A stretch of DNA of 64,000 bases, taken from contig JBQLZK010000006.1 of assembly GCA_052168235.1 (NCBI GenBank), positions 32,001 to 96,000 of the forward strand, written 5' to 3'. Below are positions 30,166 to 38,494 of this stretch, piece by piece. The translations under genes and the position numbers were made by a program. The notes beneath the pieces are model-generated. The model saw nothing but the letters and a program-made list of their open reading frames with translations, searched no databases and was not told the origin of the DNA. Every line of letters starts with the position of its first letter. The stretch's first letter is position 1. Source of the DNA: Thainema sp. (GTDB lineage Bacteria > Cyanobacteriota > Cyanobacteriia > Phormidesmidales > Phormidesmidaceae).

Positions 30166-30852
30166 CTACTCGACAAGACCATGCTCTAGGGCATAGCGTA
30201 CCAGTTCAGTCCGGCTATTGGTGCCCGTTTTACTAAATAAGCGGCTTACATATTTCTCGACGTTGCGGACGCTGGTTTCTAGGCGGCTGGCGATTTCCTT
30301 ATTCATCAACCCCTCGGTGACGAGGTCGAGGACGCTCTGCTCCCGTGGCGTAAAGTCGATCTGAATCGGCGCAGGCGTCTTGTTGATGTTGCTTTTCTGG
30401 GTTAGCATCGCCTTGATTTCGGCGATCTGCCGGGCCATGTCGGCCAAATCAGGCAAATCACCGGCTTCTGAGCGAGCGGCTTGGCGACGAGCCAGGATGT
30501 TCTCCACCATTGCCACTAGCTCATCCGGATCGAATGGTTTGGGCAGATAGGCATCGGCCCCCGCTTGATAGCCCTGGATGCGATCGCTAGTCATACCGCG
30601 CGCCGTCAAGAAAATCACGGGCATGGTTTTGAAGCGGGCATCTTCCCGCATTTGCTTGAGGAAGGCATAACCATCCACCTGGGGCATCATGATGTCCGAA
30701 ATGACTAGGTCGGGCGCATCCTGCTCCAGTTTTTCCCAGCCTTCTTTGGCATTACTGGCAACGCGAACATCAAACCCACTGTCTTCTAGATAGGCTTGTA
30801 CCGCTTCCCGCAGTCCGGGTTCATCATCGACTAGCAGCAACTTTCCTGTCAT
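30166..30852 (-). CDS. rre1: NarL/LuxR-type response regulator Rre1 (Ycf29)
   Basis: Receiver domain (LLVDDEPGLREAV, SDIMMP) plus LuxR HTH TPREQSVL..GLMNKEIA..VRNVEKYVSRLFSKTGT. Confidence 0.88.
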   Translation of the reverse strand: MTGKLLLVDDEPGLREAVQAYLEDSGFDVRVASNAKEGWEKLEQDAPDLVISDIMMPQVDGYAFLKQMREDARFKTMPVIFLTARGMTSDRIQGYQAGADAYLPKPFDPDELVAMVENILARRQAARSEAGDLPDLADMARQIAEIKAMLTQKSNINKTPAPIQIDFTPREQSVLDLVTEGLMNKEIASRLETSVRNVEKYVSRLFSKTGTNSRTELVRYALEHGLVE

Positions 30853-30968
30853 CGTGGTTCTCTCGCGTGCAATCAATCAAAATTTCTTTTCTATATAACA
30901 AATCTAGCGAACTTCGCGCGATTCTCCGACAAAATCAACCTAAGAGCAGATTTAAATGTGGGAAAACC

Positions 30969-31005
30969 GAGAGGGGTTGCGCGGCACTGCCGCGCAACCC
31001 CTCTC
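30969..31005. repeat. Palindromic intergenic element
   Basis: GAGAGGGGTTGCGCGGCA-C-TGCCGCGCAACCCCTCTC. Confidence 0.8.
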
Positions 31006-31038
31006 GCAAAATTTCTATGCTGGAATTTTGGTTGAGAT

Positions 31039-31470
31039 TCAGATATCCCAGTCTTGATACATTAGCTGATTGAGAATTTCCCTGCCGCCAGGGGTGAAGA
31101 CCTGGACGCGAATTACCCGTGGATCGGAAGGCCGCCATGCGACTTGATAGAGATAGCCGCCGTTATTCCAGGTGTAAACTCTGCGATCGCTGCTGCCGGA
31201 TACGCTTGCGCCAACCAGTTCAATCCAGTTACTCGTTCCTTTCTCTTCGCCGTAATACACAAGCGCGTTATTGGAATAACTGATGTTGACGTACCAGCTT
31301 GAGCTTTGGAAAGTGCCCAGCGGTGCATACGTTTGGGCAATATATTCGGTGCTACTGGTTTCGGCAGGATGCTGTGAGGATGCCGATGCTGATGCGATCG
31401 CAGTTTTGGGTGCAGCGATTAACAGCGTCAGCAGCAGTCCGGAGGTGATGTAGGTGAATGATTTGAACAT
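31039..31470 (-). CDS. Secreted hypothetical protein
   Basis: Signal peptide followed by a small beta-rich domain. Confidence 0.75.
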   Translation of the reverse strand: MFKSFTYITSGLLLTLLIAAPKTAIASASASSQHPAETSSTEYIAQTYAPLGTFQSSSWYVNISYSNNALVYYGEEKGTSNWIELVGASVSGSSDRRVYTWNNGGYLYQVAWRPSDPRVIRVQVFTPGGREILNQLMYQDWDI

Positions 31471-31683
31471 CGGAAAAACCTATTGTGTCAGGAACTTAGG
31501 CTAGAAATTCGGCAAAACCGATAGATTTAGCGTTCCCTTTCACAAATTCGGGTGAACACTAAATTCGTAACTGGCATGACAATCACAAAACTTGAATAAA
31601 ACTGATAAACCGCTAGCAGTCGCTTTGGCAGAAGATCGCTTAACGTATAAAGCAGAACCTCTTGTCAGGCTCACTACAAAACG

Positions 31684-32322
31684 ATGGCAAGACCCAAAAT
31701 TACTGTTGAGTTCACAGCGGCTGCTATGCTTACACAAATCGTTCGCCCTATGGTACGCACCCAGCTTCGGCTTCTAGCCAACAGTCACGCAACCCGTGCG
31801 ACGCTGATTGAGACAATTGCTCACTGGCTGGGTTTTCTGGGAGTAAGGGCACATGTAACGCAGCTTGATGCTAATTCGGGCGAAATCCGCGTGTCGCTGA
31901 CGGTGGGCAAGCCAGAATCCTGTGATGGTTCAGACTGGCAGTGCATTTTAGACAAGCTGAATTCCGAAGCCAATTCACCGACACCGCAAACAGCCGACTT
32001 TACACCCCAGCAGACGCGACAGCTCCAGCGTTTACTCGCCTACGTGGTGCGGGCAGGCTATCCGGATCAGAATGTGAATTGGGCCGAAGTGCAGCCCCAT
32101 TTACAGGTGCTGGGCTTTGACGAGATGATGCAGCGTGGGATTCAGTCGGCAGCGAAAATTCCCCAGTCACTGGACGTGCTAATGGATGACTTAGATTCAG
32201 ATGTGGCCGCAGTGGCGCTGCCAATGGCGGTAAGTATCGCCCTGCTAGATCGGCAGGTCAATTCATCGGAAGATCAGGCACTGGCGGCGCTGTTTGACGC
32301 GATGAAACAGCCTGTAGCGTGA
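31684..32322 (+). CDS. Hypothetical protein with possible TerB-like C-terminus (start may be 31726)
   Basis: 212-aa ORF ending AVSIALLDRQVNSSEDQALAAL. Confidence 0.7.
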   Translation: MARPKITVEFTAAAMLTQIVRPMVRTQLRLLANSHATRATLIETIAHWLGFLGVRAHVTQLDANSGEIRVSLTVGKPESCDGSDWQCILDKLNSEANSPTPQTADFTPQQTRQLQRLLAYVVRAGYPDQNVNWAEVQPHLQVLGFDEMMQRGIQSAAKIPQSLDVLMDDLDSDVAAVALPMAVSIALLDRQVNSSEDQALAALFDAMKQPVA

Positions 32323-32369
32323 TTTACGTTACGCAAGGGCGAATGGCCATTCGCCCCTACAGGCATGTT

Positions 32370-33605
32370 CTATTCAGATGGAGATGATGCGGTGGGCGAC
32401 ATGACGGCGAATTCGCCGGAGGGCTTGATGTAGCGCCATTGGTCGCCTTGTTTGACGGAGGCGAGGCCGTTGGAGAATTTTCCGGCGCGATCAAACTGGG
32501 GTTCAATAATCATCTGGCCGGACTGGTCGATGTAGCCGTATTGGCTGCCAACGAGGACAGCGGCTTTGCCTTCCGAGAAGTTTTCTACATAGTCATATTG
32601 AGGTGCGATCGCAACTTTTCCCGTTTTGTCGATATAGCCCCAGCGGTTGTCGATCATCACGCCCGCCAGTCCTTCTGAGAAATCGGTGGCGAATTCATAC
32701 TGTAAATCAACGACCACATTGCCATCGGCATCAACGAAGCCCCATTGTGTCCCTTGCCGGACGCGGCCCAGGCTGTCTGAAAATTCAAATACGCCGTCAT
32801 ACTGGGGTTCAACAACCCATTCGCCAGTGGGATTGATGTAGCCCCACTTTTCGCTGGCGTTGCGGGCGGCGGCCCGCTGTTCGGAGAAATTCCAGGCGTC
32901 TGTGAGTCCAGGCAGAATAGTGAGTTGACCGCTTTTATCCACATAGCCATAGCTGGAGCCCCGTTTGATGGCGGCCAGCCCCTCGGAGAATTTAGCGGCT
33001 AGATCGAACTGGGGCGAAATCACCATGTTGCCGCTGGAGTCGATGTAGCCATATTTCTGCAGCTTCACCGCTGCCAGCCCTTCTGAAAATGGGGAAGCTT
33101 GCTGATACTGCGGCGCGATCGCAAGTTCGCCTGCCCGGTTCAAATAGCCGTAGCCGAGACCGACTTTGGCGATTGCCAGTTCTTCTGAGAAGACGGATGC
33201 TTCTTCAACATTGGGATCAACTGCGATCGCAAGTTTCCCGTCGGGATAGATATAGGCCAGTCGGTCTTCCACGCGAACGAGAGCCATTCCTTCAGCAAAA
33301 TCGGAGGCAAAATCAAACTGCAGCATGATTGAGGATGAAGACGGTGACGAATCGGTATCCTCTAAATCATCTAACGTTTCGGGCGATGTTTCGGGCAATG
33401 TTTCGGATGGTTCAGTTGAAGGAGTGGGTGGCTGAACGTCAGATTTTCGACCCAACCCCAATCTGAGGATAGACAGTTGCCCATCGGGGCGTTCTGGAAT
33501 GCGGTCTTGGCAACCTGTAATCCCGGCAGCGGCGACGATTAGACATCCCAAGGCAGAACGAACGGTGTGAAAGTGAGGTGACATGTGCGGTAGTGTGATG
33601 AGCAA
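32370..33605 (-). CDS. WG-repeat lipoprotein
   Basis: Lipobox ITGC; repeated FSEGLA...WGYID..G..VI.PQY units. Confidence 0.92.
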   Translation of the reverse strand: MLITLPHMSPHFHTVRSALGCLIVAAAGITGCQDRIPERPDGQLSILRLGLGRKSDVQPPTPSTEPSETLPETSPETLDDLEDTDSSPSSSSIMLQFDFASDFAEGMALVRVEDRLAYIYPDGKLAIAVDPNVEEASVFSEELAIAKVGLGYGYLNRAGELAIAPQYQQASPFSEGLAAVKLQKYGYIDSSGNMVISPQFDLAAKFSEGLAAIKRGSSYGYVDKSGQLTILPGLTDAWNFSEQRAAARNASEKWGYINPTGEWVVEPQYDGVFEFSDSLGRVRQGTQWGFVDADGNVVVDLQYEFATDFSEGLAGVMIDNRWGYIDKTGKVAIAPQYDYVENFSEGKAAVLVGSQYGYIDQSGQMIIEPQFDRAGKFSNGLASVKQGDQWRYIKPSGEFAVMSPTASSPSE

Positions 33606-33778
33606 TGATTGATTCGTAGCGAACGGGGCGCAGGTTTTCCTCTTTCAGGAGATAGAACTGGCAGGTGAACGCAGCAACACAGCCGCTAGATAGCTATTTC
33701 CCAAGATGCCGGAGAGGACGGCATGATGGAGAAAGGGGCAAACAAATTGCCTACAAAAGTTGACGTTGTCAGAGAACG

Positions 33779-34882
33779 ATGAGTAAACGGGTTTTGATTT
33801 TAGGTGGACAGGGCCGCATTGGCAGCAGCGTAGCGGCAGATGTCTTGCAGTATACGACGGCTGAGGTGACGGTGACGGGGCGTGTCCCGAAGTCAAACCC
33901 GCAGACGTTTTCCCGTCCGGTGTCATCCCTCACGCTGGATTTAGAGCAGACTGCTGCGCTGGAAACTGCGATCGCAGATGCCGATCTCGTCATCCACTGC
34001 GCGGGGCCGTTTAGCTATCGGGATGGCCGGGTGCTGGATGCTTGCATTCGCCACGGGGTGAACTACATTGACGTGGCCGACAATCCGGCCTATGTAAAAA
34101 GTGCGATCGCGCAGTCTCAGCCAGCAGCGGCAGCAGGCGTGACGGCAGTGGTCAGCACCGGAGTCTTCCCCGGCATTTCCAACAGCATGGCGCGGCAGAG
34201 CGTTGAGCAGTTGGACAAGGCCGAACGCTTGCACCTCAGCTATGTCGTCTCCGGTTCCGGCGGCGCGGGCGTGACGGTGATGCGAACCACGTTTTTAGAG
34301 CTGCAGCACCCGATTAATGCTTGGATCGATGGCCAGTGGCAACCCGTAAAGCCCTACAGCCAGCGGGAAGTGGTTGATCTGCCAGATCCCTATGGTCGTT
34401 GTGGAGTGTACTGGTTCAACACGGTGGAAGCGCTAACGCTACCAATGTCGTTTCCGCTGCAAACGGTGATTACGAAGTTCGGCTCTGTGCCCGATTTTTA
34501 TAACCACCTGACCTGGATGATGGCGCACTGGCTGCCGAAGCCCGTTTTGCAGCGTCCCAGCACGGTTGAGTTTCTGGCCAAAGTCAGCTACCGGATGACG
34601 GAAGCAACCGATCGGTTTACCGGGATTGGCGTGGCAATGCGAATTGAAACTCAGGGCACGAAGGACGATCAACCGATGCGCCACGTCAGCACCGTTGTCC
34701 ATGAGGATACGGCAACTTCGGCTGGCTACGGAACGGGCAGCATAGCGGAGCTCATTCTGTCGGGCCAACTCGATAAACCGGGGGTTTGGCCCGTGGAGCA
34801 AGCACTGACAACAGAGCAGTTTGAAGCAACAATGGCTCAACGAGGACTGGTGATTGAACAATCCTCACAACCAGTCCTGTAG
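33779..34882 (+). CDS. Saccharopine-dehydrogenase-like oxidoreductase
   Basis: LILGGQGRIG, HCAGPF, NYIDVAD, TGVFPGISN. Confidence 0.9.
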   Translation: MSKRVLILGGQGRIGSSVAADVLQYTTAEVTVTGRVPKSNPQTFSRPVSSLTLDLEQTAALETAIADADLVIHCAGPFSYRDGRVLDACIRHGVNYIDVADNPAYVKSAIAQSQPAAAAGVTAVVSTGVFPGISNSMARQSVEQLDKAERLHLSYVVSGSGGAGVTVMRTTFLELQHPINAWIDGQWQPVKPYSQREVVDLPDPYGRCGVYWFNTVEALTLPMSFPLQTVITKFGSVPDFYNHLTWMMAHWLPKPVLQRPSTVEFLAKVSYRMTEATDRFTGIGVAMRIETQGTKDDQPMRHVSTVVHEDTATSAGYGTGSIAELILSGQLDKPGVWPVEQALTTEQFEATMAQRGLVIEQSSQPVL

Positions 34883-34977
34883 GTGGGTAGAGCAACGTGA
34901 AACCCAATAGCAATTGCCGCTTTTTGTGGTTTACTAAAGCCCAGTGTCTGTAAATCATTGGGTTTCACGTTTCAACT
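34879..34977. repeat. REP-like inverted repeat pair between convergent genes
   Basis: AACGTGAAACCCAAT ... ATTGGGTTTCACGTT, preceded by GTAGGTGGGTAGAG. Confidence 0.65.
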
Positions 34978-34979
34978 TT

Positions 34980-37865
34980 TTAGAAGGTAAACTGCAAACC
35001 ACCAGAGACAAGCGGGCCATCATCATCAGTTAGAACCTCTTCTACGCGTAGGAAGATACCAGGCCCTACAGGATCGCCAGTCCCAACCGTCTCTTGAATG
35101 TGATCGCTGTTTTCGTCATAGATGAACTGGTTGAGAGCCACCTGTACCGGATTGCCGTTCACATCTTCAATCAACGTGAACATCGCATCGCCATTCTCAT
35201 CAAGCTGGGGCGCTGTCTTATAAATGGGAAAGAGGTTGCCGTCTGCATCATATCCATAAGCAGGACGCTGTTGCTCACCAAAGGGATTCACAACCAGCTC
35301 GGCGCGTAAACCGACGTCGCCACCATCACTCTGTTGACCAAGAACGACCCCTCTGGCAAAGAGTTCAGCCCGTATTGTATTGGCCGCAGCAGTCCAAGGG
35401 GTGTTACCAAAGTTGAGGACATAGCCAAGCGCCAGTTCTCCCACCAGGGGTGAAAAATTGGGATACGTGTCAGTGCTCGCTTCAGCTTGGCGATTCACTA
35501 GCACCGGATCTCCAACCGTGCTAGTCGATTGAGCATCAATCGTGGAGTCATACAAGAACTCAGTACCATGCAGGATTTCAGTACTATGCTCCTGTGATCT
35601 GTCGGTTACAACTTCTTCAAAGACTTGTTCAGGGTCTAAGGTCACTTTCAAATTAGACAGTATGCCGTCAGAATTAACATCGAAGCTCGCAATTCCCTCT
35701 TGCTGGGTCGTTGTAAAGGTGGTTTCTGTGGTTTCGGTCGTGATGGTATCAACCTGAGTAACCGGGGTATGGAAGGTATCGGTTGTGATCGTCCGAGTCA
35801 GGGTTTCGACTTGTGCTTCATAAAACGATGTGGTTGTCGTAATCACATCTTCCTGATTGCCCAAGCCCAGCGTCAGAGAACCCCGCGCATACAGTCCTCC
35901 CGCTACAGTCGTGGCATAGTAACCTGATTGTCCAGGAGCACCCGGAATCAACTCGTCTGGGGTAGAGAGAATAGTGCCAACTCGCGCATCAGCGTCGCCA
36001 GGGTTTCTATTGTCTACGGTTGCAACAGGGTCGCCACCCGGAGTCTGGACATAGCTGCCTTGAATGCCATTGAAATTGTTGGTAACGGCATTATTGCTTG
36101 GCAGCGTATCTTCTACGGCATAGACTTTGGTTGTTTCGGGCACAAAGTTGCCAGGATGATGAGCGGCAGAAATGACTCGGAATCCACCATCTGCAATTAA
36201 ATAGCCTGCTGCTTTATCTAGATTGACGGCATAAGTCTGATTCAACTGCAGCGCTTGGCCATCCTGTTGGGGAACGAGCGCATAGATCACACGCTGAGCT
36301 TGACCCGCTTCGATGGTTAGGGCATTTGTTACATAACCATCCTGATTCCATTGCGGCATAAATTCAATCCGGCCATCGCTCCATTCAATAATCAGGCCGC
36401 CCACGTTGTCGGCATAGGCAGAATCTCCCCGGCCCACTAAGTTTGGATTCGGAGGGGCAATGATGACATCTTTGTCTGTGGGCAGCTCCAACACGCCGTT
36501 GATAGGCGACAGTTGCTCACCCGGAACTACTTCATCGGGTATAGCAGGTACATAGCCAACGATGCGAGTATTGTGGTTGAGCCCAGTTGGCTGCAGCAAG
36601 CGAGGGCCATCTGGATCAGGATTGACAATGGGATTGCCATACATGTCGATCGCATCCTGATGGGTAGAGTTGAAAAACTGTGTGAGGCCGACGCTCATAA
36701 CTAAACCAGCCTGATTGTTGCCAGCCGAGGGGTTAACGCTGACAGAGCCTGTGAGCAACGTAGGAGCTGCATCCGGATTGTCATTGAGGGGAGCCAACTG
36801 ACCTGTCAGGCTGGCCCCATCGGTTCCGAGCCGAAGTTGGGCAGCGGCAGAATACTGACTGTAGATCAGCTGCTCGTCTTCGGGTGTCCTAACGCCTGCG
36901 GCATGGAATAGCGTATTCGAGTTTGTTGTAGATAGCTCTATTTCTCCATAATCACGGCTTTCCTCAACCTCAGTGAATTGCTGTGTCGAAACCGCTGTCG
37001 TTTCATCGACGGTTTGCTCTTGCCGAACGAATGGGTTAAGCGTCGTTTCGATGACTTCAGTGTAGTAGCTAATCCTGCTACTAATCTCTTGCGTCTTCTT
37101 GATGATGTGAGCTTCACCATCACCTTCTGGAAACAGAAGATAATCGCCATCGTTAAAGTCGTGGTCAAATCCATCTTCGACAGCCAAATCCCCATCATTC
37201 ACGATGTAGATGGCAGATTCATGTTCAGTGGATTGTCCACCATTCTTCCCTGGTCTTAAGTTGAGCACGCGCAGTTCGACTGTATCTTCTGCACCGTAAA
37301 CCGCGTCAACATGAGCGTTCTGGGGCAAGGATTGACCATTTGGATCAATTCGAACGCGATCGCCGCTGACAAAAACCTTTTCAGAACTCTGCAAGGTGCC
37401 ATCGGGACGATACACGTTAACTTCAATGCCTTCACCATAATGATGGTTGCCTGCACTGTGCTGAATAGCGAACCGGGTTCTCATTCGTAGAGTTTCAGTT
37501 TGCAGTTCAAAGCCAGGTGCAACCTGCTGTAATTCCTCATTAACTTGCTCATTAATATTGTCAGTATCGGCTTGAATTTCAATGCTATTAGGAGCCAATT
37601 GGCCTTCAATAACAGATTGATTATGCCGTTCTTGAATATTAAAAATTGGTTCTTGAGGCAAAGGAATGCCAGAGGAATTCCTATCAGAACCTGTGATGAT
37701 ATCAAAAGCGTTTCGATTAACTTGAATTGAACCATCCTGATTGACAAATACATTAGAAGTGGTTTGAGCATTAACGGCTTGAGGGCAGTTGATTCCTATT
37801 GAAATAAGCAATAAAGTTGAAAAGGTGTAAGCAGCTTTTTGGGAGATGAGGGCGATTCTTTTCAT
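34980..37865 (-). CDS. Large secreted protein of unknown function, possibly outer membrane
   Basis: 961 aa; signal peptide ending VNA-Q; acidic and Thr-rich; ends GGLQFTF. Confidence 0.8.
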   Translation of the reverse strand: MKRIALISQKAAYTFSTLLLISIGINCPQAVNAQTTSNVFVNQDGSIQVNRNAFDIITGSDRNSSGIPLPQEPIFNIQERHNQSVIEGQLAPNSIEIQADTDNINEQVNEELQQVAPGFELQTETLRMRTRFAIQHSAGNHHYGEGIEVNVYRPDGTLQSSEKVFVSGDRVRIDPNGQSLPQNAHVDAVYGAEDTVELRVLNLRPGKNGGQSTEHESAIYIVNDGDLAVEDGFDHDFNDGDYLLFPEGDGEAHIIKKTQEISSRISYYTEVIETTLNPFVRQEQTVDETTAVSTQQFTEVEESRDYGEIELSTTNSNTLFHAAGVRTPEDEQLIYSQYSAAAQLRLGTDGASLTGQLAPLNDNPDAAPTLLTGSVSVNPSAGNNQAGLVMSVGLTQFFNSTHQDAIDMYGNPIVNPDPDGPRLLQPTGLNHNTRIVGYVPAIPDEVVPGEQLSPINGVLELPTDKDVIIAPPNPNLVGRGDSAYADNVGGLIIEWSDGRIEFMPQWNQDGYVTNALTIEAGQAQRVIYALVPQQDGQALQLNQTYAVNLDKAAGYLIADGGFRVISAAHHPGNFVPETTKVYAVEDTLPSNNAVTNNFNGIQGSYVQTPGGDPVATVDNRNPGDADARVGTILSTPDELIPGAPGQSGYYATTVAGGLYARGSLTLGLGNQEDVITTTTSFYEAQVETLTRTITTDTFHTPVTQVDTITTETTETTFTTTQQEGIASFDVNSDGILSNLKVTLDPEQVFEEVVTDRSQEHSTEILHGTEFLYDSTIDAQSTSTVGDPVLVNRQAEASTDTYPNFSPLVGELALGYVLNFGNTPWTAAANTIRAELFARGVVLGQQSDGGDVGLRAELVVNPFGEQQRPAYGYDADGNLFPIYKTAPQLDENGDAMFTLIEDVNGNPVQVALNQFIYDENSDHIQETVGTGDPVGPGIFLRVEEVLTDDDGPLVSGGLQFTF

Positions 37866-38494
37866 GGCTGAAATCTGTCAATTACATGGTGTTTGGGGGG
37901 CAAGCGCAACTGAGTTTATATCTCGTTGATTGTTGCTTAATGAATACTTGATGCTAAATACATCAAGCATTTACATTCTTGTTCCCGACAGATTTATTAC
38001 CCTTTTGAGTGATATTGATCAGCCGCCGTCCTTGAGTTTAAGCGCTGAAAATATAGAGTGATTGATATTGCCTTTTTGTGTGATAGTTGAAGGCAATAGG
38101 TGTGATAGGTTGCTTTTTTGCCTGTGATCAACGTCACAATGCTGCGGAGGCTGCTAAATTGATTTTCTATTTATTTCTAAATGAAATATGTTCGTTAGTG
38201 CTTTATCTGGAGCGATTTAAGATTTCGAGAACTAAAGGTAAGAATGTGTTGGTACTTCATTGAAGCGTTAATCGACAAATGTACGGTGAAATCATCACAG
38301 TGTTTAGGGCAATACTTGACCCTAGAAGAGATTTTTATCTACCCGCAGGCATATCGCAAATCCATTGCTACCAAGCCACGATGCCTTGGCCAAAGCCAAG
38401 CTTGAAACAATAACAATCTGTTATTGAGATTTACTGCTGAAAAGTGCGATCGCAGTTATCGAGCATGTCTCGACTTGGGCTTAAGCTAATATCA

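Noticed and set aside
32370..33300. Internal repeats as a nucleotide-level array or diversity-generating element
   Set aside because: Ordinary degenerate WG protein repeats; no reverse transcriptase or template/variable repeat pair seen
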